A stretch of DNA of 64,000 nucleotides from Candidatus Vogelbacteria bacterium (GTDB lineage: Bacteria; Patescibacteriota; Minisyncoccia; Phycocordibacterales; XYD1-FULL-46-19), in assembly GCA_903878275.1 (NCBI GenBank), contig CAIRHC010000007.1, positions 8,727 to 72,726 on the forward strand, given 5' to 3'. Shown piece by piece: positions 6,937-16,989 of the stretch (position 1 is its first letter; each line of letters opens with the position of its first letter). Made by a program: the position numbers and the translations under genes. The notes under the pieces are model-generated. The model worked only from the letters and a program-made list of their open reading frames with translations. It had not been told where the DNA came from and made no database searches.

Positions 6937-7449
6937 ATGATCGAACAAAATTCAAGTGTGGAAAAAATTGAAAATGTGAGGAAATTTCTAATTAGGTCGA
7001 ATGAGGCTGGTTATGCTGGTGGGGAAGATAAGAAATGGATTAAGGAGGCGGATAGCTCGACCACGATCGCTTATGAAGATGGTGATTGGAAATTTAATGA
7101 TAACTTCTTCGGTGGTGAGCCGTATGGTGGGCGGGAAGTGATTTTTAAAGAGGGAAAGCCGGAATGGATGATGGTTTATTACGGTTTGATTAGCGATAAG
7201 GACTTGGATAAAAACAAGGTTTATGGTTTTTTGCGCTCGGCTCTGAAATTGGCGCCAGCCGAAATGCCTTTGCGTGGCCCAGATCTTTTTGTGCAGGAAA
7301 TTGATGGTCAAAAGTGGGTTTATGAAAATAAGGTTGGTGGCAAGATGGAAAATTTTTCTGGTAAAGAAACTATTAGTATCGATGGCCGGGAGATTTTTTA
7401 TACGGATTATTTCGGTGGCTTGGTGGATGTGGATAGGGAGGCTATTTAA
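6937..7449 (+). CDS. Hypothetical protein (170 aa)
   Basis: Clean ORF after the tRNA region, followed by a bidirectional terminator; no motif recognised. Confidence 0.5.
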   Translation: MIEQNSSVEKIENVRKFLIRSNEAGYAGGEDKKWIKEADSSTTIAYEDGDWKFNDNFFGGEPYGGREVIFKEGKPEWMMVYYGLISDKDLDKNKVYGFLRSALKLAPAEMPLRGPDLFVQEIDGQKWVYENKVGGKMENFSGKETISIDGREIFYTDYFGGLVDVDREAI

Positions 7450-7484
7450 TCTTAAATTACGAAATTAGGTTTCCTATGCTTTTC

Positions 7485-7552
7485 TGTCATTCCCGCGTAG
7501 GCGGGAATCTAGGTTTTGTCGAGTTGGTCTAGATTCCCGGCGGGAATGACAA
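7485..7552. repeat. Inverted pair of REP-like palindromic units (TGTCATTCCCGC-N5-GCGGGAATCTAG family)
   Basis: GTCATTCCCGCGTAGGCGGGAATCTAG (7486-7512) and CTAGATTCCCGGCGGGAATGACA (7529-7551) face each other with a 17-nt spacer; each unit has an internal palindrome; a third copy lies at 63655-63684. Confidence 0.6.
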
Positions 7553-7605
7553 TCGTTAAGGTTATTAATTTGGGGGACTAGAACGCCAGGATTAAAATCT
7601 TAAAC

Positions 7606-7650
7606 TAAAACCGTCCCGACTCAGCTAGCTGAGTCGGGACGGTTTTTTTA
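7606..7650. terminator. Bidirectional rho-independent terminator between convergent genes
   Basis: ACCGTCCCGACTCAGC-TAGC-GCTGAGTCGGGACGGT perfect 16-bp stem flanked by A and T runs. Confidence 0.8.
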
Positions 7651-7670
7651 ACCTTTCGCACGCTGGCGAG

Positions 7671-7943
7671 TTATTTTTTACCCCAGCTCTTTTTGTGAGC
7701 GTAGAAGTAGTAGATCATGTCTAAAATACCCATAGTGTTGACTAGGAGTAAAACGACAAACCAAACTTTGGCACCGTTTCTGGCGGCGCGCCATAAGGCG
7801 AGACCTTTCCAGACGATTGTCCAAACTATTATGACCGCTATTAATGTGGCTGCACCTATTACAGCCGCAGCTGCTGAGATGCCCCAGACCATGTCTGGCA
7901 GTTTGTCTGCCATGAAGGCTGGATTATTTATTAATTTATCCAT
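7671..7943 (-). CDS. Small two-TM membrane protein (DUF-type, common in CPR)
   Basis: Two hydrophobic helices (AAAAVIGAATLIAVIIVWTIVW, VWFVVLLLVNTMGILDMIYY) and a WRAARNGAKVW motif. Confidence 0.5.
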   Translation of the reverse strand: MDKLINNPAFMADKLPDMVWGISAAAAVIGAATLIAVIIVWTIVWKGLALWRAARNGAKVWFVVLLLVNTMGILDMIYYFYAHKKSWGKK

Positions 7944-8098
7944 ATGCCATTTATTATAGCAAAATTTTTTGTAAAAAAATTATTAAAAAGAAATAGCTGT
8001 TGATAACTTTTTTTACCTGGTTAAATAAATTTGTTTTACAAATCTAGCTTTGCTATTTAACTGGGTGGATGTAAAGTATAATCAGGTTTGGCTTAAAA

Positions 8099-8629
8099 AT
8101 GGAATTTAATTATCAAATCAAAAAAAGTAGAATCGCTCGGCGTCTGAAAATTACGATTCATCATGATGGGCGAGTGGTGGTCACTTCACCTTTTTACTTA
8201 CCGGCCATTTTGGCGCGAAAATTTGTCGATAAAAAAAGTGATTGGATAAGAAAGAAGTTGGAATTTTTCGCGCGGAAAAAATTGATTGCGCCGGAAATTA
8301 AGGTGGGGAGTTTTCGAAAAAATAAAGAAGCCGCGCGAGCACTGGTGCTCGCGCGGGTCGCTCACTTTAATCAATTTTATAATTTCCGTTTTCAAAAAAT
8401 TTTTATCAAAAATCAAAAAACGGTGTGGGGGAGTTGTTCGCGAAAAGGCAATTTAAATTTTAATTACAAAATTTTATTTTTACCAAAAAATTTACAAGAC
8501 TATATTATTGTTCACGAACTTTGTCATCTTGGTGAAATGAATCACTCGTCAAAATTTTGGGCACTGGTGGAAAAAACTTTACCAGATTATTTGGTTGTGC
8601 GAAAAAATTTAAAAAGAAGGATTTTATAA
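8099..8629 (+). CDS. YgjP-like (DUF45/WLM) zinc metallohydrolase
   Basis: HEXXH in IIVHELCHLGEMNHSSKFWALVEKTLPDY matches the YgjP family motif (HEL.HL.e.nHs..FW.LV...lPdy). Confidence 0.8.
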   Translation: MEFNYQIKKSRIARRLKITIHHDGRVVVTSPFYLPAILARKFVDKKSDWIRKKLEFFARKKLIAPEIKVGSFRKNKEAARALVLARVAHFNQFYNFRFQKIFIKNQKTVWGSCSRKGNLNFNYKILFLPKNLQDYIIVHELCHLGEMNHSSKFWALVEKTLPDYLVVRKNLKRRIL

Positions 8630-8692
8630 ATTTTGAACAAAAAACATTTTAGTGGGATAATGAGATTATTAAAAGTTTAACTAAATAATTTT

Positions 8693-9097
8693 ATGATTGG
8701 ATATGTAAATAATATTGAAGAACTAACTTTGGCAAATGAAAATTTTCGCCAAGTTTTATACACGGGCAAACATTGCCAATTGGTTTTAATGAGTTTAAAA
8801 CCAAGTGAAGATATTGGAATGGAGGTGCACGAAAATGTTGATCAGTTTTTTCGGATTGAAAAAGGGGAAGGCAGGGTAATTATTGATGATGTCGAACATT
8901 TGATCAAAGATGGTTCGGCGATTATTATTCCCGCCGGAGCAAATCACAATGTGATAAATTCTTCAGCTGTTGATTCGTTGAAACTTTACACAATTTATTC
9001 GCCAGCCAATCATCAAAAAGATATTGTTCATAAAACAAAAGCTGATGCGGAAGCCGATGAAGGGGTCGAACATTTTGATGGCGTAACTTCAGAATAA
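8693..9097 (+). CDS. Cupin-domain protein
   Basis: Cupin motifs G-x-EVHENVDQ ... IPAGANHNVIN. Confidence 0.65.
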   Translation: MIGYVNNIEELTLANENFRQVLYTGKHCQLVLMSLKPSEDIGMEVHENVDQFFRIEKGEGRVIIDDVEHLIKDGSAIIIPAGANHNVINSSAVDSLKLYTIYSPANHQKDIVHKTKADAEADEGVEHFDGVTSE

Positions 9098-9102
9098 TTT
9101 GT

Positions 9103-9513
9103 ATGTATTTTGTCGCTCAAAATTGGCAGGCTTGGTATGAAGCTTTGATCAAGCCGACTTGGACACCGAGTGCTGGAACTATCGGATTGATTTGGACGAT
9201 TCTTTACCCGATTATTTTAGGGAGTTATATTTACACTATTTATTTGTGGCGTAAAGGCAAGTTGCCGATTAAAGTTCCGCTAATTTTTTCCGTAAACGTT
9301 TTAGCTAATTTAATTTTTACGCCAATTCAATTTGGTTTGGAAAATCTCTGGCTCGCTAGTCTGGATATTTTGGTGGTTTGGACAACGATCGTTTTGCTGA
9401 TTTTTAGTGCTTGGCGTCACAATAAATTTTTAGCGCTAGTCCAGATCCCGTATCTTACATGGGTTTCAATTGCGACTGTTTTACAACTGACCGTCAACGC
9501 TTGGAATTTTTAG
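9103..9513 (+). CDS. TspO/MBR-family tryptophan-rich sensory protein
   Basis: IKPTWTPSAGTIGLIWTILYPIIL matches the TspO N-terminal signature (KPSWTPP.WVF.PVWT.LY); five predicted TM helices, Trp-rich. Confidence 0.75.
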   Translation: MYFVAQNWQAWYEALIKPTWTPSAGTIGLIWTILYPIILGSYIYTIYLWRKGKLPIKVPLIFSVNVLANLIFTPIQFGLENLWLASLDILVVWTTIVLLIFSAWRHNKFLALVQIPYLTWVSIATVLQLTVNAWNF

Positions 9514-9859
9514 AAATCATTTTAGCCAAGTAAAACAAGGGTTTCACACCGGCTAAGGCAAAAATTGGCAGCGGAAATCTGACGTTTCACAGACAAGAGA
9601 ATTGAAAAAGGTGGGTGCTTAATTACTAAAATAGTTTAAAATCAAAAATATCTAGCTGTTTAAATCTAGAAGTCCAAGGTTCGTCGGTGGCAAGATTTAA
9701 TATTTTACTCCTGTTTTGTTTCGGCTGGAAGTTTGGTTTGACTTTGATATTACTTTTTGTTTTAATGTTTGTGTGTAGTAAGTTTCCTAAATTATTTTGG
9801 GTCAAAAATAATTTAGGAAGGTCAGCTTACTCAATATTAGAATTGTTAATTTGTGTTAA

Positions 9860-10240
9860 ATGTCTAGCAAGTTATATGTCGGGGGTTTGCCATACAAAAC
9901 AAATGATGGCGAAATGCAACAGTTGTTTGCTCAAGCAGGAAGTGTGACTTCCTCACGAGTTATTATTGATAAAATGACCGGTCGTTCACGAGGTTTTGGT
10001 TTTATTGAAATGGCGTCTGATGAAGATGCGCAAAAAGCGATTTCAATGTTTAACGGTCAAGAATATGAAGGACGAAAATTGATCGTCAACGAAGCTCGTC
10101 CGATGGAAGATCGTCCTCCACGTCGTGAAGGTGGTTACAATAATAATCGCGGTGGCAATGGCGGAGGCTATGGCAGTAATGGCAGTGGTTATGGTGGCAA
10201 CAATAGTTATGGCGGAAACGGCGGAGGCAATCGCTACTAA
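9860..10240 (+). CDS. RRM-type RNA-binding protein with Gly/Asn-rich C-terminal tail
   Basis: RNP-2 LYVGGL and RNP-1 RGFGFIEM motifs; C-terminal GGNGGGYGSNGSGYGG low-complexity tail; long structured 5' UTR (9540-9859) that includes a CCTAAATTATTTTGGGTCAAAAATAATTTAGG hairpin. Confidence 0.85.
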   Translation: MSSKLYVGGLPYKTNDGEMQQLFAQAGSVTSSRVIIDKMTGRSRGFGFIEMASDEDAQKAISMFNGQEYEGRKLIVNEARPMEDRPPRREGGYNNNRGGNGGGYGSNGSGYGGNNSYGGNGGGNRY

Positions 10241-10336
10241 TTTTATTTCTTGAATTTTTAATTAAATAAAACAAAAAATCTGGCAATCTTTGTCAGATTT
10301 TTTGTTTCTAAAATTTTATCGTGGTAAAATAAAACC

Positions 10337-10558
10337 ATGTTTTATGGTTTAGCAATTTTAGCTCTCGCCTGGTTGGTTCAACTTCTTTCTGTGTGGAAAG
10401 GAAGACACACTTTGCAACCATGGTTTCTTCGCTTATCGGTGGTCGGGTTTGTGCTGATCGTTCTGGAAACTTTTGATAAAAATAATTTGCCACACTCGTG
10501 GCCGGCGCTCGCTTCGCTCGCGATTATTTTGATTTTAACCTGGCGGTTTCGGAAATAG
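10337..10558 (+). CDS. Hypothetical small membrane protein (73 aa)
   Basis: Two hydrophobic helices; followed by a terminator hairpin at 10573-10598. Confidence 0.35.
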   Translation: MFYGLAILALAWLVQLLSVWKGRHTLQPWFLRLSVVGFVLIVLETFDKNNLPHSWPALASLAIILILTWRFRK

Positions 10559-10572
10559 GATCGCAAAATAAA

Positions 10573-10598
10573 AACCGGAAAAATCCGGTTTTTATTTT
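10573..10598. terminator. Bidirectional terminator (ACCGGA-AAAAT-CCGGT + T-run)
   Basis: The hairpin is flanked by A and T runs on both sides; it serves the plus-strand gene and the minus-strand tRNA-Trp. Confidence 0.6.
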
Positions 10599-10599
10599 G

Positions 10600-10670
10600 T
10601 GCGGGATGGGAGAGTCGAACTCCCCACCACAGTTTGGAAAACTGTTATTTTACCGATAAACTAATCCCGC
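10600..10670 (-). tRNA. tRNA-Trp (anticodon CCA)
   Basis: Revcomp gives GCGGGAT-TA-GTTTATCGGTAAAAT-A-ACAGT-TTTCCAA-ACTGT-GGTG-GGGAG-TTCGACT-CTCCC-ATCCCGC-A; acceptor and all stems pair. Confidence 0.8.
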
Positions 10671-10812
10671 CAAAATTCGCTGGAGCGAATTTTGGCGGGC
10701 AAATCCACCTCATTCGCATCTCAACAATCTTCAAAATCTTAGCAAAAAAAGTGACGAATGCCAAATCGATCAAAAATTTGAATACCATAAAAAATGGTGG
10801 TAGGATGGAAAA

Positions 10813-11643
10813 ATGAAAAAGTATTTTTATCTAAATGGCAAAATTTTACCGACGGCAAAGCCCGCTATTTTTATCAACGATCTTGGTTTGTTGCGTGGCT
10901 ATGGTGTCTTCGATTTTTTAAAAACTTACAATGGTAAACTTTTTGAGTTGTCCGAACATTACAAGCGATTTGTTAATTCGGCGAAAATGCTTGATTTGAA
11001 GGTGCCTGTGTCTGAAAAACAATTGGCCGAAATTTTATCTAAATTATTGAAAAAAAATAATTCTCGCGACGCTAGTTTCCGACTTTTGCTGACGCCTGGT
11101 CCGAGCGACAACGGTTTAAATTTTGGGACAGATAAAACCACGTTTGCTGTCTTGGTAGAGGATGTTTACGATTTACCGGCAAAACTTTTTACTCACGGCG
11201 GTAAATTGATGACTTGTGATTATCAACGAATGTTGCCGGAATCAAAGAATCTAAATTACATTCAAGCGGTCAAGCTGCAGAAAGAAAAAAACCGCAAAGG
11301 AGCGATTGAAATTCTTTATAAAAAAGAGGGTTTTATTACCGAGTGTACGACTAGTAATTTTTTCATTTTTAAAAAAGGTGTGCTGATCACCCCGAAAGAT
11401 AATATTCTCGGTGGAATTACGCGCAAAAAAGTTTTGGCTTTGGCAAAACATTTTTATCCGATTGAGGTTCGTGATTTGACCGAGAAAGAAATTTTTACTG
11501 CTGACGAAGCTTTTTTGACCGCGACCAATAAAAAAGTTTTACCAATTGTAATGATTGACGGGAAAAAGATTGGCAGTGGTAAAGTGGGTGAAGAGACCAA
11601 GAAGCTGATGAATTTGTTTGCTGATTATACTAATAATTATTAA
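10813..11643 (+). CDS. Class IV PLP-dependent aminotransferase (branched-chain / D-amino-acid aminotransferase family)
   Basis: LRGYGVFDFLK ... TADEAFLTATNKKVLPIVMIDGKKIG resembles the BCAT/DAAT fold-type IV signature (E.F.TGT...V.PV..ID). Confidence 0.8.
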   Translation: MKKYFYLNGKILPTAKPAIFINDLGLLRGYGVFDFLKTYNGKLFELSEHYKRFVNSAKMLDLKVPVSEKQLAEILSKLLKKNNSRDASFRLLLTPGPSDNGLNFGTDKTTFAVLVEDVYDLPAKLFTHGGKLMTCDYQRMLPESKNLNYIQAVKLQKEKNRKGAIEILYKKEGFITECTTSNFFIFKKGVLITPKDNILGGITRKKVLALAKHFYPIEVRDLTEKEIFTADEAFLTATNKKVLPIVMIDGKKIGSGKVGEETKKLMNLFADYTNNY

Positions 11644-11647
11644 AACT

Positions 11648-11690
11648 AAAAATACCCCGCCGGCTACAAGCCGGCGGGGTATTTTTTATC
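11648..11690. terminator. Bidirectional terminator between the aminotransferase and hup
   Basis: ATACCCCGCCGGCT-ACAA-GCCGGCGGGGTAT 14-bp stem with flanking A and T runs. Confidence 0.8.
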
Positions 11691-11692
11691 AC

Positions 11693-11965
11693 TTATTTAA
11701 CCCCATCTTTTAAAGCTTTTCCCGCTTTAAATTTTGGTACGCGCATCGCTGGGACGTGGACCGTCTCGCCTGTGCGTGGGTTTCGCGCTTCACGCGCTTT
11801 ACGGACATTGGCAGTAAAGATACCAAGACCAGAAATTGAGACTTCGTCACCTTTTTTCAATGTAGAGATGATTGAATCGATGATGAGTTCCATTACTTTT
11901 TCGGCACCAGCCTTTGTCCCTCCGATATTTTCATGAATCAATTCGATAAGAGCTTGCTTATTCAT
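11693..11965 (-). CDS. hup: DNA-binding protein HU
   Basis: MNKQALIELIHENIGGTKAGAEKVMELIIDSI...GFGTFEV-like core ...RNPRTGETVHVPAMRVPKFKAGKALKD; classic HU arm motif. Confidence 0.9.
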   Translation of the reverse strand: MNKQALIELIHENIGGTKAGAEKVMELIIDSIISTLKKGDEVSISGLGIFTANVRKAREARNPRTGETVHVPAMRVPKFKAGKALKDGVK

Positions 11966-12198
11966 AGTTATAATAAATTTTATTTATTAATAAAAGCGAC
12001 CTGACTATTTGACCTGGGGCTATTATATTACAACGCTATTTTAAGCGCAACCAAATCGCAACTATTGACGAATATAATTTTATCTAGCGTAATCAATAAC
12101 GCGAGTTTCACGGATGATAGGGATTTTGGCAGGATATTATTGTCACAGCGAACACATCGCTTTGTGGCAGTGTTATTTTTATGTATAATTAAAAGAAC

Positions 12199-12930
12199 AT
12201 GAAAAAATATTTTAATTCTTACTGCCTAATTTTTCCTATTTATTATATTATCTTCATAATCATTGGTGCTTTGGGGTACCTTTTTTTGTTTTCTAGTGGT
12301 GATTCTTTCGGTCAGGGGTTGGTATCAATATTAGGTATCCTGTTTTTCTTTTTCTGGCTTATCATCCCGCTCAATGTTTTTTTTCAATCACCACAGATTT
12401 CGGGTTATCTATCTTACTATCTGGTTGCTTTTTTGGTAAATGTGTTTATTTTATTCTATTTTGGTTTATGGTTAGATTTTTTTAGCCAAAGGAATAATCT
12501 AGAAACAAACAAGAAGGGTAATTATAAAACTAGATTAGTAATTTCTTCTTTTATCGTCATCCTTTTGATAATTAGCGCAGTATTTTCAAACATTTTTGGT
12601 TATGCTTGTGAAATCAATAAGAATTATGATAATTCTAATGACAAAGATGAGTGCTATTCCCAGCTAGGAAGTTCTCGAAAAGATATTTCGCTTTGTAACC
12701 GTATTGTTGAAGGTTCGCTTGATAGCAGAGCTTTTTATCATAAAGGATTGTGCTATGGGAAGATTGCCAAAGTCCGAAATGACGAATCTTTGTGTGGTAC
12801 ACTCAATAATAGTGGAGATCGAGATTCTTGTTACTTAATTTCTGGTTTCAGCAAAAATGATTGTTCTAAGTTGACAAGTCCAGTAGAGAAAAAATACTGC
12901 GAGTCTTCTTCCGCTGGAATTACTAGATAA
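12199..12930 (+). CDS. Hypothetical membrane protein with Cys-rich C-terminal repeats (D.D.CY)
   Basis: Four or more N-terminal TM helices; C-terminal repeated NDKDECY / GDRDSCY / KNDCSK motifs. Confidence 0.45.
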   Translation: MKKYFNSYCLIFPIYYIIFIIIGALGYLFLFSSGDSFGQGLVSILGILFFFFWLIIPLNVFFQSPQISGYLSYYLVAFLVNVFILFYFGLWLDFFSQRNNLETNKKGNYKTRLVISSFIVILLIISAVFSNIFGYACEINKNYDNSNDKDECYSQLGSSRKDISLCNRIVEGSLDSRAFYHKGLCYGKIAKVRNDESLCGTLNNSGDRDSCYLISGFSKNDCSKLTSPVEKKYCESSSAGITR

Positions 12931-12952
12931 AAAAAGTGGTAAAATTAAGAAG

Positions 12953-13477
12953 ATGAAAAAAGAAAACAACCTAGCTTTTATCGATGGGCAAAATTTGCAT
13001 CTTGGCACTAAATTAAACAATTGGGTCGTAGATTTATACAAATTTAGAATTTATTTAAAGGATAAGTATCACGTTACCGAGGCCTATTATTTTCTTGGCT
13101 GTGTCTCCGAAGCTGAACAAGATTTATACAATAACTTACAAAAAGCTGGTTTTATTATCGTTTTTAAAGAGCACATTACAACCTTAAAAGGAACAAAGAA
13201 GGGTAATGTGGATACTGATATTGTTTTTGAAATAATGAAAAATCTTATTGATAACAAAGATTTTGATAAAATTATTCTTGTTTCTTGCGATGGTGATTAT
13301 AAAAAGGTAGTTGATTATTCGATCAGAAAAAATCGGTTTAAAAAGATACTTTTTCCGAACCGGAAATTTGCCTCGTCTTTATATCGACATTTAGAATTGG
13401 CATTTTTTGATAATTTAGATAATCCCGATATTAGAGCAAAGATTGAATATTTACACCAAAAGAAAAGGGCTCCTTAG
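12953..13477 (+). CDS. NYN-domain (LabA-like) putative RNase
   Basis: N-terminal LAFIDGQNL and a central acidic cluster VSCDGDY, typical of the NYN/PIN-like fold; a truncated paralog lies at 33062-33241. Confidence 0.65.
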   Translation: MKKENNLAFIDGQNLHLGTKLNNWVVDLYKFRIYLKDKYHVTEAYYFLGCVSEAEQDLYNNLQKAGFIIVFKEHITTLKGTKKGNVDTDIVFEIMKNLIDNKDFDKIILVSCDGDYKKVVDYSIRKNRFKKILFPNRKFASSLYRHLELAFFDNLDNPDIRAKIEYLHQKKRAP

Positions 13478-13556
13478 GCACTTACACCGTTCGGATCCCT
13501 TTTCGTCTGAATATATTAATATAATATACCCTTTTCTCTTTGTGTCAAGTGGATAA

Positions 13557-15086
13557 TTATCTCGCGTAATCAATGACGCGAGTTTCACGGATGACGGTGA
13601 TTTTGATTTCACCAGGGTATTTTAGTTCTTGTTCTATTCTCAAGGCGACATCTCGGGCTAGACGACGAGCTTCCATATCGGTCACTTGTTCTGGACTGAC
13701 GAAAACTCGAATCTCGCGTCCAGCTTGGATGGCATAAGTTTTTTCAATGCCAGGGAAAGAATTGGCGATATCCTCAAGCTCCTTCAATCGTTTTAGGTAA
13801 TTTTCAAGACTGTCACGACGAGCGCCAGGGCGAGAGCTGGAAATAGCATCGGCGACTTTCACGATAATCGACTCTAGCGTCTCAAATGGGTATTCTTCGT
13901 GGTGAGATTGCATCGCTTTGATGATATTTTCACTTGTTCCGAATTTTTCGAGAATACGGCGACCAATTTCAACGTGAGTGCCGGGAATTTCGTGATCAAC
14001 AGCTTTGCCGATATCGTGAAGCAAGCCACCAGCTTTGGCGGTTTGCGGGTCAGCCCCAAGCTCTTCGGCGAGCATTCCCGAGAGGTGAGCCACTTCGATT
14101 GAGTGTTGCAAGACGTTTTGACCATAACTCGAACGGAAATGGAGGCGACCAAGAATCAACAAAACTCGGGGGTCAAGGTTGAAAACGCCGGCTTCATAAG
14201 CGGCACGCTCACCTTTTTCTTTGATGGTCTTGGAGATTTCCTCTTTAGCTTTTTCGACAATCTCTTCAATTTTTGCTGGTTGAATACGACCGTCGGCAAT
14301 GAGGTTTTCCAGAGCGGTTTTAGCAATTTGGCGACGAACAGGGTCAAAAGACGATAAAACAATTGAGCCCGGAGTATCGTCAATTATTACCTCGACGCCC
14401 GTGGCTTTTTCAAAAGCGCGGATGTTGCGACCTTCTTTACCGATAATCTTACCCTTGATGTCGTCGGAAGTGATATCGACGGTGGTGGACATTACATCTG
14501 GTACGGTCGAGGTCGAAAGTCGTTGAATTACGGTCGAAATAATCTCTTTAGATTTTTGCTCTAAGCGGTCAGTGGCTTCCATCTCGAGTTTTTGAATTCG
14601 GACGGTGAGATCTTCTTCGTAATTTTTCTCAATAATCTTCATCATTTCACCTTTAGCCTCCTCGACAGACAGGCGAGAGACTTTTTGGAGCTCTTTTTCT
14701 TTTTCTTCTTCGATTTTTACAATTCGCTCTTTAATTTCACGAACACTTTCAATTTTTTTCTTGATCTCGTCAGCTTCTTTATCGATATCGACTTGGCGAC
14801 GATCCAAAAGCTCGTCTTTTTTGATCAGACGATCCTCTGTTTTTTTAAACTCTTTTTCTTTTTCATCTCCTTTTTCGCGAGCTTCTTGGATGATTTTTGA
14901 AGCTTCTTGTTCGGCTTCGCCGGTGGTATGCTGGGCTTTATCTTTGGCTTCTAACAGGATTTGTTTGACCTGCAACTCCATCGAACCTTTTTGGGCGGAC
15001 AAGAGGAGCCAGCGTAAAACATAGCCAATCGCCAAGCCTAAAACACCAGATGCTCCCATTAGGAGAAAGGCAATTTTTAAACTCAT
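13557..15086 (-). CDS. rny: Ribonuclease Y
   Basis: N-terminal TM anchor, long coiled coil (E/K-rich), KH domain (GKIIGKEGRNIRAFE) and HD domain (LLHDIGKAVDHE); 509 aa. Confidence 0.9.
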   Translation of the reverse strand: MSLKIAFLLMGASGVLGLAIGYVLRWLLLSAQKGSMELQVKQILLEAKDKAQHTTGEAEQEASKIIQEAREKGDEKEKEFKKTEDRLIKKDELLDRRQVDIDKEADEIKKKIESVREIKERIVKIEEEKEKELQKVSRLSVEEAKGEMMKIIEKNYEEDLTVRIQKLEMEATDRLEQKSKEIISTVIQRLSTSTVPDVMSTTVDITSDDIKGKIIGKEGRNIRAFEKATGVEVIIDDTPGSIVLSSFDPVRRQIAKTALENLIADGRIQPAKIEEIVEKAKEEISKTIKEKGERAAYEAGVFNLDPRVLLILGRLHFRSSYGQNVLQHSIEVAHLSGMLAEELGADPQTAKAGGLLHDIGKAVDHEIPGTHVEIGRRILEKFGTSENIIKAMQSHHEEYPFETLESIIVKVADAISSSRPGARRDSLENYLKRLKELEDIANSFPGIEKTYAIQAGREIRVFVSPEQVTDMEARRLARDVALRIEQELKYPGEIKITVIRETRVIDYAR

Positions 15087-15402
15087 AAGCGTTTTGGAGT
15101 CGCTTAATATTTAGACGGTATATCTTTTTAGACAAAGAAAAATCAATTTTTCGGGCTTATTCTTGAATGATTTTTGAACATTTGTGATTTTTTTAAACAT
15201 AACCAGCTAAGTAGTAAGCAGACTTTAAATTAATATTTATAATAAAATCTTAAACTATCCTTTTTTATACGTAACATTATTATGATAGCAGACAAAAATA
15301 GGGTAGTCAAATTAGGCATAATATGGTAGAAATAAGGGTGGATAGGCTTGGTATCATTTCGGCATCAAGCTGGCTCTTTTTAAAATTAAGGAGGAAAAAA
15401 GA

Positions 15403-15672
15403 ATGAGTTCGAAAAAGAATAAGGTTGTGGTGCTCGGCGGTCACAAAATTGGTGCCGGTGACACCTTCCGGCTTTTAACGCCAAAAGAGATTTGGAAGCT
15501 TTCGCTCGAACTGGGCGAAAAAAATGCAAACTTAATTAAAAAATTTAGTGCGGTCCCTTTGGTTGTGTCGCGAGTTGAGCGGGCACCGGGTGGTCACGGA
15601 GTGGTACACTCGGAGTTTCAAGGAGAAGCCTTCTCGGTGATAAGTGGACTAGTCCGACCGACTAGCGGGTAG
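15403..15672 (+). CDS. Hypothetical protein (89 aa)
   Basis: Strong RBS AAGGAGGAAAAAAGAATG; no motif recognised; followed by a terminator. Confidence 0.45.
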   Translation: MSSKKNKVVVLGGHKIGAGDTFRLLTPKEIWKLSLELGEKNANLIKKFSAVPLVVSRVERAPGGHGVVHSEFQGEAFSVISGLVRPTSG

Positions 15673-15692
15673 TATTTTTTTTGGCAATAAAA

Positions 15693-15732
15693 CAGCCGGC
15701 GAAACTTCGTTTCGCCGGCTGTAATTTTTTAT
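15693..15732 (+). terminator. Rho-independent terminator
   Basis: CAGCCGGCGAAAC-TTCG-TTTCGCCGGCTG followed by TAATTTTTTAT. Confidence 0.75.
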
Positions 15733-15835
15733 CTTTCCCCCCCCCTTTTTTTTTAGTTTAAAAAATAAAGCGAGGCTTCAAAAAATCTGTACCCTAAACA
15801 AGAAGATGGTGAGTGAGTATTTTTCAATCTAAATT

Positions 15836-16417
15836 TTACTTCTTTTTATTTATTATCTCATCAATAATCCCGTATTTTTTAGCTTCGTCGGCAGACATAT
15901 AGAAGTCACGGTCGAGGTCTTTTTCAATTTGGGCTTCTTTGCGTCCGGTATTTTCAGCCATAATTTTGGTCAGGTTTCTCTTTGTTTTCAAGATGTGTTC
16001 GGCCGTGATCGCAATATCCGAAGCTTGACCTTCGGTGCCACCAAGTGGCTGGTGGATCATTACTTCAGAATTTGGTAAAGCGTAGCGTTTGCCTTTAGCT
16101 CCAGCGGACAAAACCCAGGCGCCACCGGAGGCGGCAATGCCGACACAGACCGTCGAAACGTCTGGTTTGATATGACTCATCGTGTCCATTATGGCGAGAG
16201 TAGAAGAGACTGAACCGCCGGGGGAATTTACGTATAATGTGATGTCTTTTTTGTTGTCTTCGGATTCTAGAAAAAGTAGTTGGGCAATAATAATGTTGGC
16301 GACATTGTCGTCAATGGGACCGCCGAGGAAAATAATGCGATCTCGTAATAGTCGTGAATAAATATCATAGGCTCGCTCTCCGAATTGTGATTTTTCAATA
16401 ACTGTCGGTATTAACAT
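15836..16417 (-). CDS. clpP: ATP-dependent Clp protease proteolytic subunit
   Basis: Catalytic Ser region [19 protein letters not shown], and the [17 protein letters not shown] signature. Confidence 0.9.
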   Translation of the reverse strand: MLIPTVIEKSQFGERAYDIYSRLLRDRIIFLGGPIDDNVANIIIAQLLFLESEDNKKDITLYVNSPGGSVSSTLAIMDTMSHIKPDVSTVCVGIAASGGAWVLSAGAKGKRYALPNSEVMIHQPLGGTEGQASDIAITAEHILKTKRNLTKIMAENTGRKEAQIEKDLDRDFYMSADEAKKYGIIDEIINKKK

Positions 16418-16510
16418 ATTTTTTAAGAATTAAGTAATAATTTTTATTAAAGCACGGAAATGGAAAAAAGGCAAAATTTAACCGGCAAAAATCTGTGATT
16501 TTTGCCGGTA

Positions 16511-16753
16511 CTAGCCCGAATACGGATTTGGCGGAGCATTTATTATCCAGTCCCGATAATCATTTTCGGATACTGATTTTTCTCCGATCTGGTGGAGTGT
16601 TTCGTTTAACTTATTCAAGGGTACTCCCATTTCCGAGAGAACTTGAACTATTGGCACATTGCGTCGGAATTGCCGAATTGTAGCTTCGCCAAGTTGATCG
16701 ATCGTGATAGCTCCGGCGACAACCAAGTCCGATCCGAGTGGGTCTTTTTTCAT
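16511..16753 (-). CDS. Hypothetical protein (80 aa) between tig and clpP
   Basis: AGGAGG RBS 6 nt upstream of the ATG (revcomp of 16754-16775); no motif recognised. Confidence 0.5.
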   Translation of the reverse strand: MKKDPLGSDLVVAGAITIDQLGEATIRQFRRNVPIVQVLSEMGVPLNKLNETLHQIGEKSVSENDYRDWIINAPPNPYSG

Positions 16754-16989
16754 TGCAACCTCCTTTCTGGGGGATTTTGTGCTAAACCTTTAAAATTATG
16801 TCGAAAAAAAACAATAAAAGCAACCACTAAAACGAGGATTATTCCATTTTTAAACCCTTGCGGAATTGTCGCCAGCATGGTTTTCGCCCTTTGTTTTTTT
16901 GTTGCTTTAGCAACAAGGGCGAAATGGCGACTTGGAGCAGAGGAAAAAGCCCCGCTGGGGCTTTTTCTGTGGTTTTAAAATGGAATTAA

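Noticed and set aside
9687-9947. ORF 9687-9947 (+) and ORF 10634-10816 (+)
   Set aside because: They lie in the structured 5' UTR of the RRM gene and the upstream region of the aminotransferase gene, overlap the better-supported genes' starts, and have no RBS.
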